A stretch of DNA of 61,680 nt, filler included, from Piptocephalis cylindrospora (GCA_003614145.1; 11 parts of 11 records of this genome joined end to end with filler, not necessarily neighbours in it); one strand, 5' to 3'. Numbered from the whole stretch's first letter, positions 1 to 12,053 are shown. Notes: generated by a model from the letters alone, not told the origin. Program-made: numbers and translations.

Positions 1-210
1 AAGAGGTGATCGATGAGAGAGAGCTGGAGAAAGAGGTGATCGATGAGAGAGAGCTAGAGAAAGAGGCGATGGATGAGGGAGAGTTGGAGGGAGAGGTGAT
101 GGAAGAAGAAGTGGTGGTAGAAGAAGAGATGATAGTAGAAGTGGTGGTGGAAGAAGAGTTGGTGGAAGAAGAGCTGGTGGAAGAAGAGCTGGTGGAAGAA
201 GAGTTGATCG
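1..210. repeat. Tandem repeats (~30-bp and 15-bp units)
   Basis: AAGAGGTGATCGATGAGAGAGAGCT(G/A)GAGA x2-3 at 1-90; GTGGAAGAAGAG(C/T)TG x4 at ~147-207. Confidence 0.8.
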
Positions 211-809
211 TAGAGGAAGAGATGGTGATGGTGGAAGAAGCTATCATGGAGAAAGAGATAGTGGATGCCATTGTAGCGCTACCTGAGGAGTGCCATGACC
301 TTGTTGAGGAAGCGCATTCAAAATTGACCTCGTCTCTCCCCTCTCCCTTCAAACCTTCCCTGATGTCTTTCCTGCTGCCTCAACTTCTCTTACAATTCTT
401 CCTCATCTTCCTTTTTTTCCTCTTCCTCCCCCTCTTCTATCCGGGGCTAGCTACTCCACCCCATCACACCAAGGTACCCCTTAAAACCATTGGTCTATAC
501 ATTCTGGAATTGATGGGCATGGTTGTACCTCAGCCTTGGGAGAGCACGGTGGAGGAGACCCTGACCTTGGCTACTTCCCCCCTCATCCTCCGGATCCCAA
601 TCCGAAGAGCAATTCTGGAGAGGGGGGTGAGACTTCTTGGAGGACCTTTGGAAACTCTACTTTCCCTGGCCCCCTGGGTAGAATTCGTAGTTGGGCCTTC
701 CCCCATCGTGGAGGGGCCATTGAATTGGACGATCGGCTCCATCGTGGGGCCCTTTGCACCTCTCGTCACCTTCCTTATCGCAATGGTCATGGAGATGTGT
801 TGTTATTAA
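3..809 (+). CDS. Glu-rich low-complexity hypothetical protein (5' partial, uncertain)
   Basis: Frame open from the window edge to 809; acidic repeats (EKEVIDEREL, VEEEL) followed by hydrophobic stretches. No recognisable domain. The antisense frame is a Ser/Thr-rich run, so the coding strand is uncertain. Confidence 0.3.
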   Translation, partial: EVIDERELEKEVIDERELEKEAMDEGELEGEVMEEEVVVEEEMIVEVVVEEELVEEELVEEELVEEELIVEEEMVMVEEAIMEKEIVDAIVALPEECHDLVEEAHSKLTSSLPSPFKPSLMSFLLPQLLLQFFLIFLFFLFLPLFYPGLATPPHHTKVPLKTIGLYILELMGMVVPQPWESTVEETLTLATSPLILRIPIRRAILERGVRLLGGPLETLLSLAPWVEFVVGPSPIVEGPLNWTIGSIVGPFAPLVTFLIAMVMEMCCY

Positions 810-1402
810 GTAGACCAAGGGACCCTGATGGAATGGTTCCTGGGACCTCCCAGTTGGCTCATGATTCCAAGGAAGGGAGGGTGAGATGGATCGACACTAC
901 CACGACGTCGCCACCTTTCCGAAGGTACGCGGTCGTGGCCCTAGGTATCGCGCTCACCATGTCGGTGGGCCTGCTGAACCTGGGGCCTTACTGGTCTGAT
1001 CCTCCCCTCCCTCCTTCTCCCCTCCTCCGGGATGCAAAGTCCTTTGGTCAAGACGGGTCCTGTTTTAAAATATGGGGCCCTGGTGGGTAGTTGCGACTGT
1101 GTGGTTTATCTGATTTATATTTTGTAGGGCTTAAATACAGTTTCTCTTTATCTATTTTTTAATGGATTAATGATGGGATTCAGCACTTGCTTATTAGCGG
1201 TCACTCCTTGTGTGGGGGAAGGAACGGAAGGGGAGGTGCGACGAGGAGAGTACACAGTCTATCATCATTTCCTTCCCTTTCCTATACATTCCTCCCCCTT
1301 CTTCCATCACTTCCCCATCTTACCCATCCCGTACCATCCCATCTCTCCTCCCCGCCCCCTCTTTCTCTTTTTTTTTTCTGTACACTTGCTACTCCCTCCT
1401 CC

Positions 1403-2158
1403 ATGGCCTCTCCCCTTTCCTGGTCCTTCTCCAAGGCATTCCCCAGTTCTGCTCCTTTCAGAATACATCATCCGAGCTTGATCACTCCCCTCAAATTATA
1501 CTCCTCCCTCACTTCCTTGCCGGACAAGGATCCTTACAAGATCTTGGGTTTGGATCCAACCTCCACTCATACCCAACTGAAAGGTTCCTTTTACCAACTC
1601 ACTCGGGTCCACCACCCAGACACCCCGGGGGGAGGTGACAAGGAGAAGTTCCGGGAGGTGGTGGATGCCTGGCGGTTTCTTTCTGATCCCCAACGACGGC
1701 GCGTCTATGACGAGAGACGATCACGTTTCACGGCTGCCGGCCAAACTATCTCTAGACCTTCCCCAGTCAGACACCATCGGTCAGGCTACCGATCAGCTAC
1801 GCTCAGTCGACGAAAGACAAGTGCACCAGACTGGATGCTTCATCCGGACCAGGGGAGGAAACGTCCCGGAAAAGGCGGCCATGCTCACACCCCTTACCCT
1901 CGATCCTCTTCATCCTCACGAGCATCTTCCTTTCGATCCTTCAATCATCAAGAGCACTATTGGCATCATTATGGTCAGGATCGAGTGGAGCACATGAAGA
2001 GAATGCGTGCTCATGCCCGTGAACGCATGGATGCCGCCGAAAAAACCGGGATGGGGGAACACGAACAGTGGCTGACCTTTGTGTACCGGGTAGGCCCGGT
2101 CACTGGGATGGTAGGGTGTATCGCCGTCATCTTCACTTTGCTTGGGGGGGCAGGGTGA
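1403..2158 (+). CDS. J-domain protein with C-terminal TM, probably mitochondrial (DNAJC30/DNAJC4-like architecture)
   Basis: DPYKILGL...HHPD...FREVVDAWRFLSDPQRRRVYD J-domain with HPD; Ser/basic acid-free N-terminus; hydrophobic C-terminal anchor; intronless. Confidence 0.85.
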   Translation: MASPLSWSFSKAFPSSAPFRIHHPSLITPLKLYSSLTSLPDKDPYKILGLDPTSTHTQLKGSFYQLTRVHHPDTPGGGDKEKFREVVDAWRFLSDPQRRRVYDERRSRFTAAGQTISRPSPVRHHRSGYRSATLSRRKTSAPDWMLHPDQGRKRPGKGGHAHTPYPRSSSSSRASSFRSFNHQEHYWHHYGQDRVEHMKRMRAHARERMDAAEKTGMGEHEQWLTFVYRVGPVTGMVGCIAVIFTLLGGAG

Positions 2159-2339
2159 GGGGACAGGGTGGTGTGTCCATTAAGATCGGCCCATAAATGC
2201 CTTTTTGTACCCATGTGTATTGACCAGATAAATGTGGATGGTGGGTAAAGACAGGGAAAGTTTTATTCTTTTGGAGTATCCATTCACACCAAAAGTCCCC
2301 CTCATCTCCTCCTCTCCATTCTCCTTTTCTGCCCCCCGT

Positions 2340-3611
2340 CTACTTCTTCTTGGGTTGAGTGGTGGTGTTGAACTTGAAGAAGATAATATCACCATCCTCA
2401 ACGACGTATTCCTTGCCCTTCTGCTGGTACTTGCCAGCGGCCTTGACAGCTGCATCGCTTTCAAGCTCCTTGAGATCAGTGTACTTCATGACTTCGGCCA
2501 TGATAAAGCCGCGCTCAAAGTCCGTGTGGATGACCCCGGCAGCCTGGGGAGCCTTGGTGTTCTTGCGTAGAGTCCAGGCCCGGACCTCATCGGGACCACC
2601 AGTGAAGTAGTAGATGAGCTGGAGGGCCTGGTACCCGGCCACGATGATCTTGGGTAGGATGGAGGGGACACCGGACTCCTTGGCGTAGGCGGCCTTGTCC
2701 TCAGAGGAGGACAGAGCAGCCATCTGGTTCTCGTAAGCTCCGCTGAAGGGGATGAGAATGTCACCGGGGTTATGCTCGTCAATCCAAGCCTTGATCTTGG
2801 GAAGCCACTTGTTCTTCTTGCGGCAATAATCTTTCTCGCTCAGGTTGACCAGGTAGGTGACGGGCTTGGCGGTGATGAGGTGGAGGGAGTTGAGGTACTC
2901 GATCTCCTTGTTGGACCAGTTACCCTTGCGGATATCCTTGCCAGATTCGAGGAACTCGAGAGCCACCTTCCAAAAGGCAAACTCCTCCTTCTTTTGCTTT
3001 TCGGCCAGGGCACCGGCTCCGCTGCTACCACGGTTGAGGGTGCGAGCATTGGTGTCGATTTGCTTGGTGAGGAATTCAATATCCTTGAGACGGAGCTCCT
3101 CATGGATGATCTCCATGTCCCGGATGGGATCAAGCTCACCCTCGACGTGGATGACGTCCTCCTCGGAGAAGGCGCGAACCATGTGGAATATTCCGTCCAC
3201 AGCACGGATGTGCGAAAGGAAAGCGTTACCCAGGCCAGCACCCGAGGCAGCACCCTTGACGAGGCCGGCAATGTCAATGACCGTCAGAAAGGCGGGAACT
3301 TTACTAGCAGGCTTGTAATGCTGGCAGAGCCAGTCAAAGCGAGTATCAGGAACAGCCACACGGGACTCCTCGGGATCTATGGGGTTGGGTGGGGATGTTT
3401 AATATCCTCTGAAGAGCCCAGGAAAGGAGGACTCCACAGACATACCAATAGTGCAAAAGGGGTAGTTCTCAGCAGAAGCAGCGCTATTGGTGATGGCGTT
3501 GAAAAAGGTGGACTTGCCAACGTTGGGGAGACCAACGACACCAACCTTGAGGTTGTTGGAGGGACGGCCCAACAGGAGCTTTTCCTCCTTGACGACCTTC
3601 TTGGGAGCCAT
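2340..3611 (-). CDS. OLA1: Obg-like ATPase OLA1/YchF (exons 3611-3446, 3376-2340)
   Basis: [10 protein letters not shown]-loop; [14 protein letters not shown] joined by a GT-AG intron (3445-3377); [12 protein letters not shown]-domain [35 protein letters not shown]. Confidence 0.98.
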
Positions 3612-5177
3612 TTTCTTCTTTTGGGGAGATGCGGTGACGGAAAAGGACTGAGACCTAGGGACAGGGGAGAGTGGGAAAGAGAGGCAACGGGTGGGACAAG
3701 GTAATGGACAGGGTAACACCAAGGACACGGGGCGGATGAGACGCGAAGCGACACGAATGGGGAGGTGAAATGGGAAGGTGAGAGGAAGTCGAGGGAGACG
3801 AGTGCAAAGAACTGGCATGCACAAGGGAGAAACCGTACTTGTTGACCCAAAGAAGACCTGAAGCAGGAGTCAGATGGGGTAGAGACTAGAGGCGGGAGAG
3901 AGGGAAAGGAAGGAGGGAAGAGGGCAGGCCCAATGGATTTGGGAGGTGGATGAGGTTTAGTAAGGCATTGTGTCCTTTTTTTGGGCCAGCGCGACCCTCC
4001 GCTCCAGCGTATGCCACTTTTGGCCAAATTGACATTTTTGACAATATATTCGACGTTTTAAAGGATAAGCTTGATTTGGAGGTTAAAAAAGTGTGCTATG
4101 GTCCTTCCATCAAGGTGCTTTATGGACGGCTCAAATATGGATTACGGATGTTGATTCAGATGTTAAATAGGATCAAAAGGAGAACGACCATCGGAAGGGA
4201 AACGATGGAGATATGGGAGGAGATTAAAGGAGAAGATAAGGGAGATTGGAAAATCCATGGAAGTAACGATGTCATGAAGAAAGTTTCTGTATCTTTTTGA
4301 AATTAACATGTTGAACCCTTTTAGGAAAAAAGGAATATTGCAATTTCCCAAATACATAATGGTGTCCATTCCCGTCTCCTCCTTTCTCTACCTTCCCAAG
4401 AGCTCTCCCTTGATCGAGTGCTTATGGAATCAGTAAAGCCTGATATCCTGTCCCATTACTATTGGATGAGAGATCATATTGATCCCTGGACGCTCCAATA
4501 GTAGAGCAGGGAGCATACACACACAATGATAGACAGAGCGGACTTGCAGATCATTATCTCTGTGGCAACCTAAAATGATTCAATCTGAATGATTCAAACA
4601 GATGAATCAAAGATGAACAGGGACGCGAACAAACGAGGACCAACGGTGAAAAAAGGAAAGGAGAGAAACGGGAGGAAGAGCCCAAGGGTGGGATTATTCC
4701 CTTTTTCCCCTCGCCTTAAATACCTTTCCAGGTTCATCTCAGGTTGTCGCGCCCCTAGAATAAGCTTTTTCTTAAGCGTGTATCCCGTGATCCGACCACC
4801 TCAGGCTCGGGCCCCCTTCCTACGCGTCTTTTAAGCCATCTGATGCTTCCTTGCAAATACACGCCTACACACCTTACACACATTACACCTTCCGGAAGAC
4901 ACCGCTCTTCCGCTGTGCGGGCATCAATTGCCCCACAATCTCTCTCAAGGGAACCCTCTGTGGCGAGGCAAAGTCCTTTATCAACTGTCGGACCCTTAAT
5001 TTATTCTGCATATGGTCAACTGCAACAGAGAGAAAGGGTCAATTTTCATTGCACTGCTGTATTGAAGTATGGGGGACATGGCTTCATGATATGTATCTTT
5101 GAATTATCCCATCATCCTCTTTCCCACACCTATTCTTCTTCTTCCAGCGCTCTTTCTTTTCATCCGTCTTTTCCTTC

Positions 5178-5564
5178 ATGCATCGTGCTCTTTACTCCCC
5201 CAAGCCCTCTTTCCGTGCCTTATCCAAGCTCAAATCCATTGTAAGGCCCCTTAAATGGTCCAAACACACATCTATCTTAGAGCAGCTTCCCCCAGAGATC
5301 ATTGGCCTGATTCTCATCCGCTTGTCGACTAATGACCTATGGTCCCTGGCCAAAACGTCCAGGAACATGTTTTACGCCACTAGGGATATATTGGGATACA
5401 GGAATACCCCATCCCGCCTTGTTTGTAGTGTTGAGAGCCTTGAGCGGTAGAATCAATGGATAGAAGAGTCACAGGCCACCCCCCAGCTCATCCCTTTGCG
5501 CAGCGTCGAGGTCAATATCACCTTCATGACCATCAAGGACTCCAAGATAAGCCTTCCTATTCCC
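5178..5564 (+). CDS. F-box domain protein; TAG at 5448-5450 with the frame continuing to the contig end (short gene or pseudogene)
   Basis: ILEQLPPEIIGLILIRLSTNDLWSLAKTSRNMF matches the F-box consensus (LxxLPxEIxxxIxxxLxxxDLxxLxxxS+). Confidence 0.65.
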
Positions 5565-5664
5565 NNNNNNNNNNNNNNNNNNNNNNNNNNNNNNNNNNNN
5601 NNNNNNNNTTAATTAATTAANNNNNNNNNNNNNNNNNNNNNNNNNNNNNNNNNNNNNNNNNNNN
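5565..5664. other. Artificial contig linker N44-TTAATTAATTAA-N44 (also 11214-11313, 16836-16935, 22456-22555, 28075-28174, 33690-33789, 39299-39398, 44907-45006, 50515-50614, 56116-56215)
   Basis: Identical 100-bp spacer with stops in all six frames, recurring every ~5.6 kb. Contig lengths between linkers never increase (5549, 5522, 5520, 5519, 5515, 5509, 5508, 5508, 5501). Confidence 0.99.
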
Positions 5665-5812
5665 TGTGTGTTAGACACGGTGCGCCGGTGGTGCGCCGGT
5701 GGTGTTGTCGGGGGGGGGGGCTTTTGAGTGTAAAAACGGGGGTAGTTTTTTGTTCCCCCCCCCCCCCCCCCCCCCCCCCCCCTTCCCTCCTGATCTCACA
5801 CATCGTCACGTA

Positions 5813-6921
5813 CAATTGGCCATTTCCTCGTGCATCCCGTCGAGTAAGGCCGTGAGAAACTCTTCAGCATCCTCCTGACGTCCTTTGAGTGAGGCAAATT
5901 TTCCACTCTTCCGCAGGGCATCATACACGTCTCCTGGAGTGAAGGACGTCAAGGAGAGCGTTCCGTCCGGGTTGATCTCTACGAGGAATGTGTGTGTGAG
6001 AGGAAAGGGAGGGAGAAGGGGAAAGCGGAGAGTCCTCATCATCCTGGTTCTTACCTTCTCCATCCTGTTTATCCTTTTCTGGCCCGTCCATGTGGAACTC
6101 TTTAATAAAATCAATCCTACGGAATACAGAGAAAAGGCGTAAGTCATCGAACACTCTTCTAGCCTCTAATCCTCCCCTTCCTCCTTCTTACATGGAATCC
6201 AAAATGGGGGTTTGACTCTTCAGAGAATGAACCACCGTTTGAGAAAGGGTGTGAAGTAATCGATGGAAGGGTGCCACCGAGCTAAGACTTTGAAGGATCT
6301 GTTCGATGGAGATGAGAGGCGAGAGGGAGACGAATGGACATGTAGACGGGTACGTACCGAATTCATGTAACAGGTATTCCCAGTGTTGATCATCCCACGG
6401 GGACAAGAGTGAAGAGGGGTATAGGAGAGATTGACGGCTTTTAAGGCATCTGGTTGATTATCCCATGTCATCCGAGTCAGTAAGGCCTGGTGTTTCCTGC
6501 ATCCCCTCTCGTATACGTACCCTTCATGGATTTATACATTCCATTCTTCATGCCTCCTCTGTCCTCATCCATCATGGCCCCTGTCCCATTCTTCGAGACA
6601 GGGGGAGAGGGCGTGGCCAGGGTGGACCAGGCCTTGGGCTTATCCCATGCGGACTTGACCACTGGGGGCGTCGTGGGCCTCGGTGGCGTGGTCAGGGTGG
6701 GGGTGGTTGAGGCATCCCACGGCAGCTAAAGTTTGGTGGGTGAGTATTGGACTAGATCACTTAACCGAGTCTATTCTACCTCCCCCCCATATCTCCTCAC
6801 TCACCTGGAAATGTCCAGGGATACGGGCTAGCCCAAGATCCTCTGGGGTTACCGTACCAAATACTAGAGGATAATTGTATTTTCTAGCCGACGGCATGGG
6901 CGTGTCTGTGGTCGAGGGCAT
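5813..6921 (-). CDS. UBP3: Ubiquitin-specific protease, UBP3/USP10 family (multi-exon, 3' truncated)
   Basis: Cys box PRGMINTGNTCYMNS|ILQSL, TPILDSM and GRQEDAEEFLTALLDGMHEEM across GT-AG introns; the His box is lost into low-quality sequence at the contig end. Start may be 6921 or 6897. Confidence 0.85.
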
Positions 6922-7214
6922 GGCCCTATCCGTGGCTGTCTCCAAGGATCTTTGCCTAGTCTTATCCTGCTCACGGGAGACAGGAATGAGCACGGAGGGA
7001 AGAGGCATGACAAAGATCTGCCCTACACTTACACTGGACGGGTTCATGCCTAGGGATGGGGGGAGGGCACGCTGAGATCCTGGACTATAAAGTGGGGAAA
7101 AGTCACTGATGGAGAAGAGAAAGGGGGGGGGGGGGGGGGGGGAAGGGGGGGGGGAAAGGGGGGGGGGGGGGGGGGGGCCGGGGGAACGGGGGGGTAAAGG
7201 TGGGGGGGGGGGAG

Positions 7215-7975
7215 GGGGTCATGGGAACCGGAGGGTCAAAGTTGGGGAGAGGGAGCAAGGTGCCCATGCCAAGAGGGGGGACCAGCGGGACACGAGGTGG
7301 GGGTGAAGAGGGGGTGGTGGGGGTGAACCCCTTACACATGGGGTGCCCCAGTCTTATTTGTCAAGAAGAAGGGGGGTAAATTGCGGATGTGTATTGACTA
7401 TAGAGCTCCCAATGCGGTAAAGAGACGCAATGCATATTCCATCCCATTGATCGATGAACGGTTTGGCCTCCTAGGACAACCCAAGTATTTCAGCAAGGTC
7501 GATCTCAAGTCCGGATACTGACAGATACGTATGGCAGAAAAGGGCATCCCAAAAACTGCCTTTCAAACAAGGTATGGCCATTTGGCCTTACGAATGCCCC
7601 AGCGACTTTCCAAGGAGAGATGAATAAGGTGTTCAACAAATCCATCGACAAATTTGTCATTGTCTACTTGGATGACACCCTCATCTTCTTCAAGATACAA
7701 GAAGATCACGACCTTTACGTGGGAAAAGTCCTCAGGAAGCTACGGGAATTCGAGTATGTGGCCAACAAAAAAAGAGCGAATTTGGGCTGGAAGAAGTCGA
7801 CTTTATTGGACATGTGGTAGGAAAAGGAAGAGTCAAGCCGGAAGACGCAAAAATAGCTTCTATCAAATCCCAATCTATTCCGACTTGTGTGCACGATGTG
7901 CGACAATTTTTAGGACTAACATCCTACTACCGGAGGTTTGTGGAAGAATATACATAGGTTGCCCTCTCCCTCTCT
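7215..7975 (+). mobile_element. Degenerate Ty3/Gypsy reverse transcriptase remnant
   Basis: GAPVLFVKKKGGKLRMCIDYRA, YFSKVDLKSGY*QIRM, KTAFQTRYG, GLTNAPATFQ, VIVYLDDTLIF, VRQFLGLTSYYRRFV; contains stops and frameshifts. Confidence 0.93.
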
Positions 7976-8018
7976 GAAGGGCCTGGACGCGCGAGGGAGG
8001 CTGTCTTCAGAGTCGGCC

Positions 8019-8366
8019 CGTAACAAGGTGACAGGGAGAAGAGGAAAAATATTAAATGTGTATTTCAGGGTCTGGGGGACGGGGGTAAAGTGGTACCCTT
8101 TTATGAATGTGGAGGGCGAAAAAAGGGAGAAAAGAGGGGGGAATGGGTGATTTCCTTTGTCAAGGGAAACCCAGAGAAAAGAAGCTCCGGGAAAGACTGA
8201 AAGACCGCCACAAAGGCCTTTCAGTATATCTAGGCATTTACCAGGAGAGGGCGTGATCCAAATGTTTGAATACCTTTGGTTCCCTTTGTGGGAGCGGAGT
8301 TTGAATAGGGAAGGGGGAGAGAAGGAATGTGGGCGAGGCCCTTATCGTAATGGGGTCATCATTACA
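8019..8366 (-). mobile_element. LTR copy of the hairpin-ended family (diverged)
   Basis: Minus strand runs TGTAATGATGACCCCATTACG...TGTTACG; internal blocks align with the copy at 43289-43588. Confidence 0.7.
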
Positions 8367-8560
8367 GCAGGCTTACTCCAAATTGCTCGGGTAAGCCTCG
8401 ACGTGCTCCCCCAGGCTCGCCTCCATCAGGACACGCTTTTTTCTATGGTTGCTGCTGATATAAAGTCTGCCTCATGCATAGACATGAACGTAAGGAAATT
8501 TTCAGGTTCCCCGAGAGAGACAAGTTCTGCTATTTTCCCCTTGTCCAATCCCGCTGGATT

Positions 8561-8760
8561 TGTAACGATACCATCATTACAGAGAAACTCCGAACACGGG
8601 GTCCCCCCCTTTTTCTCTTGCCTCCCTTTTCTCGTTTCTCGATCTATAAGAGAATGCTCTTTTTGTCCTGTTCCCCAGACTTTGGAATACACATCCTTTC
8701 GCTAGCTTCTTCCCTGTCACCCCTGTTTTCTCCTGTCTCCTTGTTTCTGCCCCTGTTATA
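8561..8760 (+). mobile_element. Solo LTR, 200 bp
   Basis: TGTAACGATACCATCATTACA...TATAAGAG...CCCCAGACTTTGGAATACAC...CCCCTGTTATA; near-match to the reverse complement of 44334-44642; flanks GGATT/AGACT may be a degenerate 5-bp TSD. Confidence 0.85.
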
Positions 8761-10009
8761 AGACTCCTTGGTTGATGGCTTCTGCAGCCTCCCAATCTGC
8801 CGAGCCCATCCCTGAGGTACGCAGGGGGTGCCTGATACACTCTGCCTTTCCTTTGGCCTCCCACAGGTAAGCATGATACCCTGCCATCTTTCCATCAGGG
8901 TCAGTCTCATACTTACCCACTGCATTCTTCCGTGCTTGGTCTAGCTACGCTTAATTGGGTTTCTGGAGACCTGGCGCAGCCGACAAATCCGAGTGCGAGT
9001 GGCGCCAGTCATTGGCTCTTTCCGGTGGATAATACTCGGGGGTATACTGAGGGGCCTTGGATCAGCAGGTGAATCATCCTGAATGATTATCGGATTGGAT
9101 GGAATGGGATTCGTGCGAGTCATTGCTGTTTGGTTCAAGAGATGTGTGTGGTTTCTAATAATAATAATCCACTGAAGTCTATTAATGCTTGCTTCTCCCA
9201 CCCATTTATAGCAAAAGAAGATGTAAAGATCATGCCAATAAGAGTGAGTTTAGGGCTGGGAAGGGTTGTCAATGCAATTGCCATAGCCATGGTAGCGGCC
9301 CCTCACAGCCCTCACACCATCGTTTTTAAGTATTTGTTGCTGGGATGGAGCACAGTAGTATGTGGATGTCAAGTATGGTACCGGAATCCAAGACATGGTC
9401 GTCTAGATTAAAATACTAGTGCTACCTAGGGTTGAGACATTATTGAGGCATAGGGTGAACTTGTCTGATATACATACGCATTTCCCTACACAATGCTAAT
9501 CTCATTACACCTCTAAGACGAGATATAACCTACTACGGCTTTTAGCCAGTGTTTCTTCCAGCCATTCATTATCTCTATAAAAGAAAGGGCTTTCCAAAGA
9601 ATATGAAATTTCCTCTAGTTCCTACCGTTATATCCCAGAAGGCTACCCGTTCTCATTAAATCTGATCGTTATTTCCCCCTTTCGCCACCTTCACCAATAT
9701 GCCAAATCCTTTCCTACCACCGAATCAACCAGTACTAACTGGGAGCATGGTGGTTGTAATGAAGGGTCACCTCTCATCTCCTAGTACACCCGAACTATCA
9801 GACTCTTTTTATTTTGAAGGGATGATTGATGATACCTTTTGTACCCTCTCCCGCAACAGGGTAAATTATGAGGTAGCTGTACATCGTATCAGGCCCTTTA
9901 TTGACCTTACAGAAGACGATTCAGCAGCAAATGCGACGCCTATTCTAATGATGGAAATCACTACGGATTTTCTTTAACAGGCTTAGAGTTAGATCTAGGG
10001 TCATCCCCT

Positions 10010-10115
10010 GTCCCATGATTATCTCTCGCCTTTTAAAGGTGCCCTTTTCGTTTCCCTTCCCTCATACTTTGGAATATACATCAAACCTTTTCACTCTTCA
10101 CATCCCCCTGTTACA
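10010..10115 (+). mobile_element. Degenerate 3' part of the same LTR family
   Basis: CCCTTCCCTCATACTTTGGAATATACATC...CCCCCTGTTACA resembles the 3' half of 8561-8760. Confidence 0.55.
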
Positions 10116-11313
10116 GCTATGGGTGTATATCTGAGTTAAGATGTGGATATACATGTGGTGATATGTGAGGTGAGATATTGGCATATATGCGTGAGCTGAA
10201 GAGGGCTGAGATGTAGAAATATCTGTGGACATATATATGTATTTTCATATATTACATATGGTGCAATTGGATGTGCATTGCATAAAATAATTGTACTTAT
10301 GTCCCTATGTTTTATCCCAAGTCATTACAGAACGTCTCGTGGCAATCCATACCATTTCTACTTGATTGTGTGTGTAATGATAGATCTTGAAAAAATTCGG
10401 TGAACCTTGAGGTTCGGGGACAAGGTGTGAATATATGTGTGTGAGCTGATGCGAGTTGAGACGTGTATGTATGTGCAAGCTGACTTGTATATATGGATAG
10501 ACTTGCATGTGTATCACATGGTATGTATTGGTGAACTTGGTGATATAAAAGAAAGGTTATTTAATAAATGAGCTATCATAGATGTATCCCTATCCTATTA
10601 TTTTAATCTCGCTTATTACAGCACTCCCCACGAGCGCCTCATTCATATAAACCATCCTCTGGTGACAGGATTGATTTTGGCCCGCGATACTGGGCTTTGA
10701 AGTTCAGGCTGAATCTAGGTTGGAATTTAACAACATATTGGCCAACATTGATCAAGACAGCCGTCTTTAAAAATAGGAAGGAATACTTTATTTTGGAAAG
10801 AAGAATAATAGAAATAGGTGGATAGGTAGATAGATGGATGGAGAGGTAGATAGAGGTGTGACCAATAATGGCAAGGGTAGTAGTACAGTAAAAGTCTACG
10901 AAGGGCCCATGTATTTGGTTCATTTCGAGTGTGCGGTAAATAGACCATCTTTTTACCTTTATAATCAGGCCAGCGTTGAGGTGGAGAGGAGAGAATTGTA
11001 ATGTGGGGAAGGTATATTATTATTACAGTAGCCACTACCCATGAAGTCACAGACATGCCAAGAAAACAGTAAAAGTATGGCTTGCCCTCCGGTGGATTTG
11101 GGAAAGTTACGGCGTATAGGCATGGCGTCTTGTTTTTATTATTGAAGAGGGTAGGGGGCGGATCAAATTTAGTATAGGGGACACCTCGATATCACGTGAC
11201 TGCTACGCTCCTANNNNNNNNNNNNNNNNNNNNNNNNNNNNNNNNNNNNNNNNNNNNTTAATTAATTAANNNNNNNNNNNNNNNNNNNNNNNNNNNNNNN
11301 NNNNNNNNNNNNN

Positions 11314-11978
11314 CACGCAAATGCTCCCTTGGGATTCTGAAGGACTCGAGCGTATTTTTCATCAGCTACTCGTTTCATCTCTTGAAATTGATTTTCCTAA
11401 GCAGCAGAGAATGGGTTGGGTTTTAGGATGGAGGATAAGGGCGAGACGAGTGGATGAATTCAGTCATCCTTGATTAGCCCTTCTCAAAGTACTCCGCGAG
11501 TCAAAAGGAAGGAAAAAAGAGCCAAATTGATCTCTTAGGCCAAGGAGTCATTGTATACCATAATAATACGATGAGTCCTCCCCACCACCCTCCTCTCAAT
11601 AGACTTACGTATTGCCGGCATTGACCGGTAGCGCGGTTCTCCATGGTCCACATCCACCGCATCTCCTCAAAGCACATATCTATCCCGGCTACCACACACG
11701 GCTCGTCCTTCCGGGGACCAAAGGAGCTGAGCGGCCAAGAGGGCTTCTCTACCGTAAGATCCTTGCGTAGAAGCTCTAGCTCTGCTGCAGTGACTGTCCC
11801 CTTGGTCCCTGAAACGAGGGGAGAGAAAGTTAAATCGGGCTGAGAAAGAAAGGGCGCGATCCCATTTGCTTTACTTAATGGTTGGTTACTTACCTGAGCT
11901 GCCCGACTGAGGATGCTCATGTCGACAGCGATCTCCAAAGCGACACTGGCCGTTCATCCAATATTTGCAAACTGCCAT
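11314..11978 (-). CDS. NUP42: CCCH zinc-finger nucleoporin NUP42/NUPL2/Amo1 (3' truncated)
   Basis: MAVCKYWMNGQCRFGDRCRHEHP (CCCH finger), then WPLSSFGP...DMCFEEMRW typical of NUPL2/Amo1; GT-AG introns; runs off the contig. Confidence 0.85.
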
Positions 11979-12017
11979 AGATTATCGAGATACCAGAGGA
12001 GGAGAAGAGTAGAGTGA

Positions 12018-12053
12018 GGATGGGATGGGATGGGATGGGATGGGATGGGATGG
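12018..12053. repeat. (GGATG)n pentanucleotide microsatellite
   Basis: About 7 units of GGATG. Confidence 0.9.

Noticed and set aside
2772..3704. Long antisense ORFs over OLA1, also over polyubiquitin (13426-14019), NFS1 (49035-49877), DBP5 (51826-52533), SDH1 and 41211-41984
   Set aside because: Shadow ORFs expected from strong codon bias on the coding strand; no recognisable motifs.
3950..5170. Short ORFs upstream of OLA1
   Set aside because: Non-ATG or compositionally unconvincing; probably intergenic.
5665..5790. Poly-G/poly-C tracts and their poly-Pro/Gly ORFs (also 7120-7220, 22357-22430, 22556-22665, 28038-28074) as G-quadruplex elements
   Set aside because: Mostly at contig ends and degrading otherwise recognisable sequence; 5665-5700 loosely resembles adapter. 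Most likely low-quality base calls.
8906..8925. ATACTTACC as a U1 snRNA 5' end (also ~60422)
   Set aside because: No U1 stem-loops or Sm site follow; it is the reverse complement of a GGTAAGTAT donor-like sequence.
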